Of a stretch of 64,000 bases of DNA, positions 9,781 through 19,215 are shown in pieces (positions within the stretch are counted from its first letter, which is position 1; each line of letters starts with the position of its first letter). The notes beneath the pieces are model-generated. The model did no database searches. It saw only the letters and a program-made list of their open reading frames with translations, and had not been told where the DNA came from. The translations under genes and the position numbers were made by a program. The stretch comes from an uncultured Gammaproteobacteria bacterium (GTDB lineage: Bacteria > Patescibacteriota > Microgenomatia > Levybacterales > GWA1-39-11). Where the stretch lies: NCBI GenBank assembly GCA_964425075.1, contig CAYRKM010000001.1, positions 459,060-523,059 on the forward strand, in the 5' to 3' direction.

Positions 9781-10974
9781 ATGGCAAGAATAAAAATATC
9801 AGAATTTAAAGCAAAGAAACTATTATATGAGTTTTTGCAAAAACCATATAGTGGAGTTTCTATTGATACTCATGATGAATTTTATGAAGATCTCCTCTCA
9901 AAAATGACTGATGGGAAAAAGTATGTCTTAAAAGTTGATCAGGGCGTAAAACAAAGAAAGAAAAAAGGCCTCGTGAGTTTTGATGTCACAAAAGAAAACG
10001 TAAAAGAGGAAATTGAAAAGTTAAAAGAAAAAGGATTTTCTTATTTTATTTTAGAAGAGTTTCTGGAGCATGAAGGATTTAATGAATTTTATTTTGCAGT
10101 AGAAAGAGTACGGGAAGGGAAGAAAATTCATTTTTCAACAAAAGGCGGAATTGATATTGAGGAAAATAAGGAAAGTATCAAAACTTTTATTTATCAGAAC
10201 GGAGAACAACTTGAGGAAATTTCAAATGACTTTGGATTAGAGAAAGAAACACTAGAAAGTATTCTTGATGCTTTTGATGATTATTATTTCTCATTTCTTG
10301 AGATTAACCCTCTTGTTGTAAAAAATAAGGAATTTTACTTTTTAGATACTGCAGTAGAAGTAGATAGTGAAGCCGAGTTTTTTGTAAGTGACGCATGGAA
10401 TAAAGATGACTTTCGTGAGGGAGTAAGGGCTGAAAAAACTGAGGAGGAGCGGGCAATTGAAGAGTTGAACGAAACAAGTTCTTCTGCTTTTAGTTATGAA
10501 ATTCTAAATCCTAATGGGTCAATTTTTTTAATATTGCAGGGAGGAGGAGCAAGTTTAGTTTTGGCTGATGAGATCTATGATAAAGGAATGGGTAAAGAAA
10601 TTGGGAATTTTGGAGAGTATAGTGGTAACCCAAATGCGGAGGAAACATATATTTATGCAAAAAACGTAATTAGTTCATTAATCAAATCTAATTCAACAAG
10701 AAAAGTACTTATATATGGCGGGGGGGTCGCGAACTTTAGTGATATTAGAATAGCATTCATTGGAGTAATTAAAGCACTTGATGAATTTAAAAGCGAATTA
10801 CTGAAGAATAAAGTTAAAGTTTTTGTAAGACGTGGTGGACCCCATCAGGAAGAGGGACTTGCCTTAATGAAGGAATTTTTGGAGAAAGAAAATCTTATTG
10901 GAGAAGTGCATGGTCCAGAATTGGTTTTGACAGATATTGTAGCTCCCGCGCTTGCGCACGTGGGAAATGACTAA
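9781..10974 (+). CDS. aclB: ATP-citrate lyase, ATP-grasp (beta/small) subunit
   Basis: 397 aa. Block-for-block resemblance to the N-terminal part of ATP-citrate lyase as I recall it: MARIKISEFKAKKLLYEF, FLEINPLVV, LNPNG-ILQGGGASLV, NFGEYSGNPN-EETY, IYGGGVANFSDI, VFVRRGGPHQEEGL. Confidence 0.8.
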   Translation: MARIKISEFKAKKLLYEFLQKPYSGVSIDTHDEFYEDLLSKMTDGKKYVLKVDQGVKQRKKKGLVSFDVTKENVKEEIEKLKEKGFSYFILEEFLEHEGFNEFYFAVERVREGKKIHFSTKGGIDIEENKESIKTFIYQNGEQLEEISNDFGLEKETLESILDAFDDYYFSFLEINPLVVKNKEFYFLDTAVEVDSEAEFFVSDAWNKDDFREGVRAEKTEEERAIEELNETSSSAFSYEILNPNGSIFLILQGGGASLVLADEIYDKGMGKEIGNFGEYSGNPNAEETYIYAKNVISSLIKSNSTRKVLIYGGGVANFSDIRIAFIGVIKALDEFKSELLKNKVKVFVRRGGPHQEEGLALMKEFLEKENLIGEVHGPELVLTDIVAPALAHVGND

Positions 10975-11060
10975 ATCCTAATTTCTAATTAATTATGAAA
11001 TTTAGATTTGATTAGAAATTAGAGCTTAGAAATTGTAGCGCTAAAAATAAAAGTTATTTT

Positions 11061-12935
11061 ATGTTAAATATTAACGATCTAAAAACACTTAACCCGCGAA
11101 TTATTTCCATTGGTTCTCATCCGGCAATTATCCAGTCAGTTCTTGATTATGATTATCTAATAGGACGTGAGAAACCAACAGTTGCAGGAATACTTGCAAC
11201 AGGAAGAAAGTTTGAGCGTTACTTTTTTGGTAAAAGGGAAATTCTAATTCCAGTTTTTCAAACATTCAATTCAATTCCTCAAAATACAAAAGAAAAAATT
11301 ACAATGCTATTAAATGTCGCGTCCGGAAGGCGAGTGCTTACATCTACAACTGATGCAATAAATTATTTCGAAAATCTCAAACTCGGAGTCATTTTTGCAG
11401 AAGGAGTTCCTGAAAAACACGCGGTTGAATTGGGTGAATATGCAAGAAACAAAAATGTAACTCTTATTGGTCCATCAAGTGTTGGAATGGTTTTACCACA
11501 AAGTTTTAAGCTCGGTGCTATAGGTGGAATTCAATCAAAGCAGATTGTTTCATCTGGAATTTTATCTAAAGGAGGAGTATGCGTGTTGTCTGCAAGTGGA
11601 GGAATGGTAAATGAAATCATAAATGTAGTAGGACAGACTCAAAATAAGCTTTCTTTTGCTTTGTCATTCGGAGGAGATAGGTTTCCATTTTTAGAGCCAG
11701 TGGACGCCCTAAAAGCGGCAGAGAAAGATGAGAACACTAAAGCTATTGTGTATTATGGAGAATTAGGTGGAGAAGACGAGTATAAATTAGCAGATCTTTT
11801 GAAAGGAAGTCATCTTACAAAACCAGTTATTTGTTATGTCGGAGGAGTTATCTCAGATCTATTTGAAACCCCGCCACAATTCGGTCATGCAAAGGCGATG
11901 GCAGAAACCAGGCAGGAGTCTGCCCGTGCAAAAAGGGACGCGTTAAAAGATGCAGGGGGAATAGTTCCTGAGAGTTTTTCAGAATTTGTTGACGCGATAA
12001 AAGAACTTTCAGATTTCGGTTTTGAGAAATCAAATGGTACCCTTCGAAATTCTCCCCTCAATCAAATTCGGGACAGGCAGGGCAAGCAAGATGAGATAGA
12101 AGAGAATCAAAAGATTTCATCTGTTACAATTAACAATATGGATGATAGAAAACATGCTCTCATTTCATCAAGTATTTCAAAGGATGAAGAGGGGGACGTA
12201 AAAATTCTTGGAGAAGATTTATTGCCTTTTGCAAGAGAGAATTCCTTTGCAAAAATTGCTGCTTCGCTCTTTTTGGGTAAAAAAATTACGTCGATTGAAA
12301 CCGAGGAATTTGTGGATTTTATACTTAAGGTGTCTGTTGATCATGGTCCTTATGTTTCAGGTGCATTAAATACTATAGTTGCTGCTCGCGCTGGGAAAGA
12401 TTTGGTTTCCTCATTGGCTTCAGGACTTTTGACAATTGGTCCACGATTTGGAGGAGCCTTAAATGAAGCTGCAAAAAATTGGTATAAAGGCGTGGTAGAT
12501 GGTAAGAGTGCATATGATTTTGTGGAAGAATTCGCATCAAAAAAGATTTATATTCAAGGGATTGGACACAAAAAATATAGAGTTGATATGCCAGACCCAA
12601 GAGTAGAAGAGATAAAGAAGTTTGCAGACAAACTTGAGAAAAAGAGATTTATAAATTTTGCCCTTCAGGTAGAAAAAATTACAACTGAGAAAAAAGGAAA
12701 CTTGATTTTAAATGTAGATGGAGCAATTGGAGCGGTTTTGCTGGACTTTCTATCTGAAAAAGAAGGATACAGTGACGAAGAGTTGTGGAATTTGATAGAG
12801 GCAGAATTCTTTAATGCACTATTTGTTTTGTCTCGCTCTACTGGTTTTATTGCACATTTCCTAGATCAAAAAAGACTTGATGAAGGACTACTTCGGTTGT
12901 CCGAGGAAGACGTAGCAGATGCAAGCGCACAATAA
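11061..12935 (+). CDS. aclA: ATP-citrate lyase, CoA-binding / citryl-CoA lyase (alpha/large) subunit
   Basis: 624 aa. SucD-like CoA-binding region ([17 protein letters not shown]) and a phospho-His loop QFGHAKA (canonical GHAGA). C-terminal citrate-synthase-like domain: [67 protein letters not shown]. Confidence 0.8.
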   Translation: [624 protein letters not shown]

Positions 12936-12973
12936 ATTCGAAATTCTAAATTCGAAGCACGAAACAAATTCCA

Positions 12974-13324
12974 ATGTCTGAAAATAAAAATTCCAAACAA
13001 TATGATTTGGAAGAAAGAACATTTATATTTGCAAAAAAAGTTAGGGAATTTGTGAGAACTTTGCCTAAGACACTGTCAAATCAAGAAGATGTCAAGCAGT
13101 TGATCAGATCCTCAGGTTCGGTTGGTGCAAATTGCATAGAAGCAAACGACTCTCTTAGTAAAAAGGATTTTATAATGCGAATAAAAATTTCACGTAAAGA
13201 AGCAAAAGAAAGTCGTTATTGGTTGCGTTTGATTGACAATAAAACTGCAGAATTAGATAATCTTTTAGGCGAAGCAACAGAACTGATGAATATATTTGGA
13301 GCAATTCTTAAGAAGTCTGAGTAA
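12974..13324 (+). CDS. four-helix-bundle protein (TIGR02436 family; formerly 23S rRNA IVS protein)
   Basis: 116 aa. Characteristic GANCIEA and KDF-x-RIKISRKEAKESRYWLRL motifs. Confidence 0.7.
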   Translation: MSENKNSKQYDLEERTFIFAKKVREFVRTLPKTLSNQEDVKQLIRSSGSVGANCIEANDSLSKKDFIMRIKISRKEAKESRYWLRLIDNKTAELDNLLGEATELMNIFGAILKKSE

Positions 13325-13380
13325 TTCTAATTTGAGGTTTGTTTCGAATTTCGATATTCGTATTTCGTATTTTTATATTT

Positions 13381-14346
13381 ATGCAGATTTATAACAATGT
13401 ACCCCTTTCCACTATTCTCTGGTATCAAATTGGCGGAATAGCCAAGACCGTTCTTGATGTTTCATCTGTTGAAGATTTACATGAAGCCCTTTCTTATGTA
13501 AAAGAAAATAATATTTCAAAAGTTTTTGTTTTGGGACTCGGAAGCAATATGCTTTTTCCCGATGAGGGGTTTGATGGAGCAATAATAAGATTTTTAATGC
13601 AAGAAGATGGGAATGGAGTAAGAATTCTTGAAAATAACGTTGTAGAAAGTTTTGCCGGAGAATTTTTGGATAGCGTAATTCAGTTTGGATTTGAACACCG
13701 TCTTGCAGGTCTTGAGTGGGCTGGGGGGCTTCCCGGAACAGTTGGGGCAGCAGTAAGGGGAAATGTGGGAGCATTTGGAGGAGAAATAAAAGATATTTTC
13801 GTAAAAGCACATTGTATAAAACTTCATGAAAATGGAGACTATGAGGAAATTACTTTAACACGTGACGAGATGGAATTTGCTTATCGCACTAGTAAGGTTA
13901 AGGCAGAAAAATTAATTGTTCTTTCAGCTCAATTTCAACTAAAAGAGGCAACCGATGAAGAATTGCTTGCTGCAAGAGAAGTTTATTATGCAAATATTAC
14001 CTACAGACAAGATAAACACCCGTTAGACTACCCAAATTGTGGGAGTGTGTTCAAGAATATTTCCAAAAAAGAAGAAGTTGAAAAAGTTAGGTCTACCTGG
14101 CCAGACGTTAGCGAATTGATTGAGGGAAAGTGGCATGGAAAAGTGAGCATGGGATATGTTGTTGGTAGACTTGGATTTAAAGGACACAGAGAGGGAAATG
14201 CTCAGGTTTCAGAAAAGCATCAGAATTTCATAGTAAATTTAGGAGGAGCAAAAGCTCATGAAGTGAAAAGTATTATTGCCCAAATTGAAGAAGAAATGCA
14301 GGAAGTTTTTGGATTTACCCCAGAAGTTGAGATAGAAATAGTTTGA
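13381..14346 (+). CDS. murB: UDP-N-acetylenolpyruvoylglucosamine reductase
   Basis: FAD-binding PCMH fold with LGLGSNML, a GSVFKN motif and a C-terminal MurB domain. ATG at 13381 is chosen over the upstream start of the tracked ORF (13339). Confidence 0.8.
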   Translation: MQIYNNVPLSTILWYQIGGIAKTVLDVSSVEDLHEALSYVKENNISKVFVLGLGSNMLFPDEGFDGAIIRFLMQEDGNGVRILENNVVESFAGEFLDSVIQFGFEHRLAGLEWAGGLPGTVGAAVRGNVGAFGGEIKDIFVKAHCIKLHENGDYEEITLTRDEMEFAYRTSKVKAEKLIVLSAQFQLKEATDEELLAAREVYYANITYRQDKHPLDYPNCGSVFKNISKKEEVEKVRSTWPDVSELIEGKWHGKVSMGYVVGRLGFKGHREGNAQVSEKHQNFIVNLGGAKAHEVKSIIAQIEEEMQEVFGFTPEVEIEIV

Positions 14347-14370
14347 AAAGACTAGCCTTTTGCACCCTTT

Positions 14371-14748
14371 TTACTTTATGAGTTTTCTTAGGCGTTTTAT
14401 TAAAGGAACATGAACAGAAGAATTTTTGATTTGCATATGATATTCGTCATTTTTAAATATAAAGCGAAATCTGTCTTTAAACATTAGCCCTTGTAAGATC
14501 CCCCCGATAAAAAATCCGTGAATTATATTTGATTGGAATAGGCTTTGAACTACTAGAAGAATAGGTGTTAGAAACATCCAATGATGTACGTGGTATACAC
14601 GGTTTTTTGCAGAGACGTTAAAGCGTGGGAAAATTTGCAAATTTTTTATTTTTTTCTCGGGTAATCTTCTATTTACTTTTGAGCCTGGATGAGTCGCAAG
14701 CATAAAAAGAATAAAACCCACAGATCCCCCCAAAATAATTTCAAACAT
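14371..14748 (-). CDS. hypothetical small membrane protein
   Basis: 125 aa with two or three hydrophobic helices. No recognisable domain. Confidence 0.35.
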   Translation of the reverse strand: MFEIILGGSVGFILFMLATHPGSKVNRRLPEKKIKNLQIFPRFNVSAKNRVYHVHHWMFLTPILLVVQSLFQSNIIHGFFIGGILQGLMFKDRFRFIFKNDEYHMQIKNSSVHVPLIKRLRKLIK

Positions 14749-14870
14749 AGTCAGTCAATGATAGAGATTTTTAGGTTTTTTGTCAAAAGTTTATAATAAG
14801 AAAAAGCGAGCATATTTTATTTGTTCTTGACAAGATCGTTTTTTCTATGAAATACTAAAAATATTAATCT

Positions 14871-15629
14871 ATGAATGGTTTTCGAATTGGATTTATTGCA
14901 GCATTAAGCATCTTAATTGCCATGAGTGTGAGCGCATATACTGCTGCATATGTTCCTCCACCAACAGGCCCAAAGGCCCCAAAATATCCTGAGTACCCTT
15001 CGTATCCTTTACAAGCTGGGCAATATGGAGTGCAGCAAAACCCATTGAGCTCAATATTGCCAAAGACAGCTATTCCAACCCAACCCGTAGTTGCTCAACG
15101 AGCTCAAACGCAGCAACAATTTGATAATTCATACTTAGAACGAGAGCAAAAATATCAAGAATCTTTAAAAAAATATGATGAAGATATGAAGAAATATCAG
15201 GAAGAAAAGAAAAAATATGACGAAGATCAAAAAAACTTTGAAAAAGATAAGGTCATACCCTATGCCCAGAAGGTAATTACAGGTTGGATAATTACATTTG
15301 TAGCACTTGAAGTAATTGCCATGTTTTTCATAAAAATTGGCGCAGATATTGTTGGTTCAGGATATGCTTTTAGTGCTATTTGGGCATTTATCATTGGTCC
15401 GATTTCCTGGGTAGGATGGTATGCCTCTATTCTTATTAGTCGATATGCAATGCAGGCAGAGCTAGAATATTCTTACACTCCTCTATATCAATCAATTGCT
15501 TGGTCTTCAATAATTGGAGTTGTTATTTTAACTGTTTTGGGGACTTTATTATTTAGTAGATTTCAATTAAGGTTCCCTCGCCTTCCAAAGCTTAGTCTTC
15601 CACCTCAGCCCCCTGTCCCACAAGGATAA
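14871..15629 (+). CDS. hypothetical membrane protein with Pro/Gln-rich N-terminal region and KYDED repeats
   Basis: 252 aa. Signal/TM segment, Pro-rich low-complexity region, KKYDEDxKKYQEEKKKYDEDQK repeats and C-terminal TM helices. Confidence 0.4.
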   Translation: MNGFRIGFIAALSILIAMSVSAYTAAYVPPPTGPKAPKYPEYPSYPLQAGQYGVQQNPLSSILPKTAIPTQPVVAQRAQTQQQFDNSYLEREQKYQESLKKYDEDMKKYQEEKKKYDEDQKNFEKDKVIPYAQKVITGWIITFVALEVIAMFFIKIGADIVGSGYAFSAIWAFIIGPISWVGWYASILISRYAMQAELEYSYTPLYQSIAWSSIIGVVILTVLGTLLFSRFQLRFPRLPKLSLPPQPPVPQG

Positions 15630-15696
15630 TTAGATTTTAATGGCAATGATCCCCTCACTTCATGTAGATAACGACTTCTCTTAATTAAGATACAAG

Positions 15697-16947
15697 TTAA
15701 TGACCAGATTGCTCAGGTGTAGTTACTGGAGTAGATGGTGGTATGTATTTTCTGATATATTGATCGAAGCGAACAGCCGTTTTAAAAAGTTGAGAGTGAA
15801 ATGTAAGAACTCCCTCAGAGTCTTCTTTAATTGCACCCTCTTTCTTAAGTTCGGCCAAGGATCTTACAATATTTGAGCATACTTTACTGTCAATAACTGC
15901 CTTCCTCGTTATAGGCTCTTCAAGGCTTACCATATAAGCAAGTAGCTTATCGTTATTGGTCATCTTTTTATTAAACGAGTACATGGGTGAAAAATCCTTT
16001 GTTTGTAGTTGAACAGCTGTTTCAACAATCGCTCCTGCTGCATCATCTTTGTTGATAAATGAATCAGTATCGAGCTGAACTAAATTATGGCCTACAAGTT
16101 GAAGAGAATGTGGGTAGCCCCCACTGGCCTTAACTACAGATTTTAAAGCATCATCATCCCATTTGATATTAATTTTCTCTAATCCTTTTGATAGGATCTC
16201 GTAGGCTTCACCATCAGGCATAACACCAAGAGGTACTAAATCAAAAAATCTTCTTGAGGATGAGTCTTTAGCAAAAAAATCTCTCATGTCTGATTCGTAC
16301 CCAATAAGTAAAAAGGAGATATTTCCGTAGCCATCAACTGTGAGAGTCGTTAAAATATTACGCAGGAGCAACGCTACGCTCGAAATATCTTTGATGTTGT
16401 GTATCTCATCTATAATTATTAATGCACCATCTTTTTTATTCTCTCCATCTTTTGTTTCCTTGAGTATCTGTGAGAGTATTGATACCGTTTCATCCTTTAT
16501 GGTTGTCTCTGGCTTTTCTGTCGTGCCTTTGTTTTCTACAGAGACCGTGGCTACAGTTGGTATTGCTATGGTAAACTTGTTATTCTGAAAAAGATGGCTC
16601 ACCCTGGCTTGTATATTGCTAAGAAAACTCTTGTCTTGTTGTTCTAAAATTTTGTTTACGCTTTGCTGGATTACGCTTATAATACTTTGTTCTTCATCCA
16701 CTGTATAATATGAGGTCAGAAGATTTAATTCATGGAGTTTTTCTAAATTTGCTGATGAGACATGCTTAATTAGACTTGCTAAAGCCGTTTTTCCTATTCC
16801 TCGATCTCCGTATATAAAAAAACTGGCAGGTCTGCCATCTTTTAATTGGGTGAGCTTGCTGCACATTTCATTTACCTGTGAGGCTCTCCCAGCAAATAAG
16901 GAAGGTGTTACAACGGAATGCGGGTTAAATGGATTAACGGAATGCAT
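15697..16947 (-). CDS. AAA-type ATPase (Arch_ATPase/ORC-like P-loop NTPase)
   Basis: 416 aa. N-terminal NPFNP...FAGR box, Walker A GDRGIGKT, Walker B LIIIDEIH. Lies adjacent to an IS1595 transposase. Confidence 0.6.
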   Translation of the reverse strand: MHSVNPFNPHSVVTPSLFAGRASQVNEMCSKLTQLKDGRPASFFIYGDRGIGKTALASLIKHVSSANLEKLHELNLLTSYYTVDEEQSIISVIQQSVNKILEQQDKSFLSNIQARVSHLFQNNKFTIAIPTVATVSVENKGTTEKPETTIKDETVSILSQILKETKDGENKKDGALIIIDEIHNIKDISSVALLLRNILTTLTVDGYGNISFLLIGYESDMRDFFAKDSSSRRFFDLVPLGVMPDGEAYEILSKGLEKINIKWDDDALKSVVKASGGYPHSLQLVGHNLVQLDTDSFINKDDAAGAIVETAVQLQTKDFSPMYSFNKKMTNNDKLLAYMVSLEEPITRKAVIDSKVCSNIVRSLAELKKEGAIKEDSEGVLTFHSQLFKTAVRFDQYIRKYIPPSTPVTTPEQSGH

Positions 16948-16999
16948 TGCTTAAATATTACCACAACTTATTTGTATTTAATACGATTTATAAAATTAA

Positions 17000-17980
17000 A
17001 AAGTGTATTTTTAGTGTATTAAATACACTTTTTCTTGTATTAATACATTATAAACACTTAACGACTGAATTTCTCACGCTATAGTTTGGATTAGTAGTTT
17101 TTCAAATATCTTATCTGGTTCCTTCCTGTAATTGTATCGAAAGGCAAATTCATCCGTATACGACTGCAAATACTTCGGTGACACATTTCTATAAACTCCC
17201 CTTAATCCTCGCTTCAAATGAGACCAGAACCCTTCGATATTTTGGGTATATACGTCACCCCTGACGTAATGCTTCTTGTGCATAACGCTGTCGTGTTTGT
17301 AGCCATATTTTGGTAATTTTCTATATGCATACAGCTGATCGGTATAAACCTGAGCAGACTGATCAACATTATTTTTAACGTTACTTATAAGAGTGAAGTC
17401 GCTGGTATCTGCGACGTGTTTTGTTTTTATGCGTCCTCCGCGTTCTACAAATCCCATTACAATTTCTTTTGGATGTTCTTCCCAATTCTGCCACCACACC
17501 TTCTCACGCCAGTATCCTGCACCTCCAATATAGGTTTCATCGATTTCAACTACACCTTTTAGAAGTTCTCCTCCGACGGAATTCATACAGGTCCTTATTT
17601 GTTTTAACATCCTCCACGACGTTTTATATGTAACACCCAATTCTCTTTGAAGCTGCCTCGCAGAAACTCCCGAACGTGTTGCTGACATTACAAAAATGGC
17701 ATAAAACCAATACTCAAGGGGCGTAGAGGATTTGTGAAAGATTGTTCCAGCCAAAGGACTTACTTGGTAACCGCAGCTACATTGATATACCTTACGATTT
17801 TCGACTTTATAAAACTTGGTAATTGCCTTACACCTTTTGCAAAATATCCCATTCTTGTACCGAAGATCAACGTAGAACTGAAGACACGAATCGCTGTCCG
17901 AAAACCTAAGTAAGAAGCTACCAAGCGTAAATGATACGCTTGACACGACTTAATTATATCAAAGTACATCAAAAATTACT
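17000..17980 (-). mobile_element. putative IS1595-family insertion sequence (boundaries approximate)
   Basis: Single transposase ORF flanked by AT-rich sequence, with a palindrome agtgtattaaatacact at ~17010. I could not define terminal inverted repeats by eye. Confidence 0.4.
17074..17946 (-). CDS. IS1595-family transposase (Zn-ribbon + ISXO2-like DDE domain)
   Basis: 290 aa. N-terminal CKRC...CSCG zinc ribbon and DDE_Tnp_IS1595-like core (VVEIDETYIGG). Confidence 0.75.
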   Translation of the reverse strand: MSSVSFTLGSFLLRFSDSDSCLQFYVDLRYKNGIFCKRCKAITKFYKVENRKVYQCSCGYQVSPLAGTIFHKSSTPLEYWFYAIFVMSATRSGVSARQLQRELGVTYKTSWRMLKQIRTCMNSVGGELLKGVVEIDETYIGGAGYWREKVWWQNWEEHPKEIVMGFVERGGRIKTKHVADTSDFTLISNVKNNVDQSAQVYTDQLYAYRKLPKYGYKHDSVMHKKHYVRGDVYTQNIEGFWSHLKRGLRGVYRNVSPKYLQSYTDEFAFRYNYRKEPDKIFEKLLIQTIA

Positions 17981-18626
17981 AATGCCGTGGTTCAATTTTT
18001 ATTATGTCCATATCTTTACTTACAGCTACGGAAACAAGGTTTGTACCTTCTATTGCCATCTTAGCTAAATTTGACATTTCTTCCAATGTCATAGCCTCTC
18101 TATACATGGTCAAAAAAAGGTACTTCGATACATCAACCCAACCCAATTGACAATGATTATCGTCAATTATCTTGGGATTTATGTCATTACTACTAAGCTC
18201 ATACATCTTAGAGATATTAGAATCCGAAAGACCAATTAATATGAATCCGAATTGTGGGGGAGGTGTTACTCCTGCTTGTACCATTGCTGCGTTCATTGGG
18301 CTTGCATCGAGCCATTCTGTTTGTTTTTCACGAGTTTTTTTGAGTAAAAGATCTTTGACTTGTTCTAGGTTAAGATTTTTAATACCAGGTTCAGCAAGCA
18401 TTGCATCAATTATTTCTTTACAATCAAATCTGTTTCCTGAACCTCCTATTGCTGCCTTGTCATTTAATCTAAATACTTTGGTTGCAGTATCGTCTTTTGA
18501 AAGAGTTTGTGGGTTAAGATTTCTTTTGTCCCCAGCAAGGACAGCTCCATGCTTTGATTTAAGAGCAACTATTAAAGTCATTTGTGGTCTGATTATATCA
18601 GTTTTATTAATTCCAATATTAAGCAT
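17979..18626 (-). CDS. proteasome beta / HslV-like Ntn-hydrolase (peptidase T1 family) with propeptide
   Basis: 215 aa. A 16-aa leader precedes TLIVALKSKHGAVLAGDKR, matching the T1-x15-D17 start of proteasome beta subunits and HslV. A Lys lies near position 33. Confidence 0.45.
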   Translation of the reverse strand: MLNIGINKTDIIRPQMTLIVALKSKHGAVLAGDKRNLNPQTLSKDDTATKVFRLNDKAAIGGSGNRFDCKEIIDAMLAEPGIKNLNLEQVKDLLLKKTREKQTEWLDASPMNAAMVQAGVTPPPQFGFILIGLSDSNISKMYELSSNDINPKIIDDNHCQLGWVDVSKYLFLTMYREAMTLEEMSNLAKMAIEGTNLVSVAVSKDMDIIKIEPRH

Positions 18627-18734
18627 GAGATCGTTGTTTATGAGTTACGTGTCGTAAAGGGATCATTGCCATTTTAATTCTCTTGACAAGCTCTTGAAAA
18701 ATGCCTCATACTGAGGATGCTTAAATAATTTGGA

Positions 18735-19127
18735 TTGGAGGTGAAGGAAATGGCAAAAACTAATACAGACAATCGCGGAAAAATAATAATCATAGTTGGC
18801 TTATTACTTGCATTTGTTACCGGTTTTGTTGTTGCACGCACAAAATACAAACCACAAATTTTAGAATTAAATAAAATGATTACTGAAAAGGACCAGGCTC
18901 TTAGCCGTTTGAAAGCAGATTCAAATAAAGTCATGATGAAAGATGATACTGTTTGGGTTGTAGAAAACGGAATAGTGAGGGAAATGGATGAGTCAGTCGT
19001 ATTTACAAATGGAGATAAAGTAATGCCAGATGGTAAGGTAATGAAAAAAGATGGAACTGAAAGCATGATGATGAATGGGGATGCAATTGATATGGATGGG
19101 AATGAAATAGATGGGGGCGCGTACTAA
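18735..19127 (+). CDS. hypothetical membrane-anchored protein
   Basis: 130 aa with one N-terminal TM helix and a soluble Met/Asp-rich domain. Preferred over the overlapping antisense ORF, which has S/T/F-rich shadow-like composition. Confidence 0.4.
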   Translation: MEVKEMAKTNTDNRGKIIIIVGLLLAFVTGFVVARTKYKPQILELNKMITEKDQALSRLKADSNKVMMKDDTVWVVENGIVREMDESVVFTNGDKVMPDGKVMKKDGTESMMMNGDAIDMDGNEIDGGAY

Positions 19128-19215
19128 TTTTTCAGGACATTCTATTTTTCATCGTAGGACTTTTTTCTATTGACAAATAATATGATATTGATATGCTTAA
19201 TGCATAGCTTGAATT

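Noticed and set aside
16950-17990. Terminal inverted repeats delimiting the IS1595 element
   Set aside because: Only weak similarity between the two flanks (gatttataaaattaa vs gatataattaa) could be seen by eye. Insufficient to call TIRs or target-site duplications.
18674-19066. Minus-strand 130-aa ORF overlapping 18735..19127
   Set aside because: Its translation is Ser/Thr/Phe-rich with no domain. The plus-strand ORF has a TM helix plus a soluble domain and a sensible start context, so the plus-strand ORF was kept.
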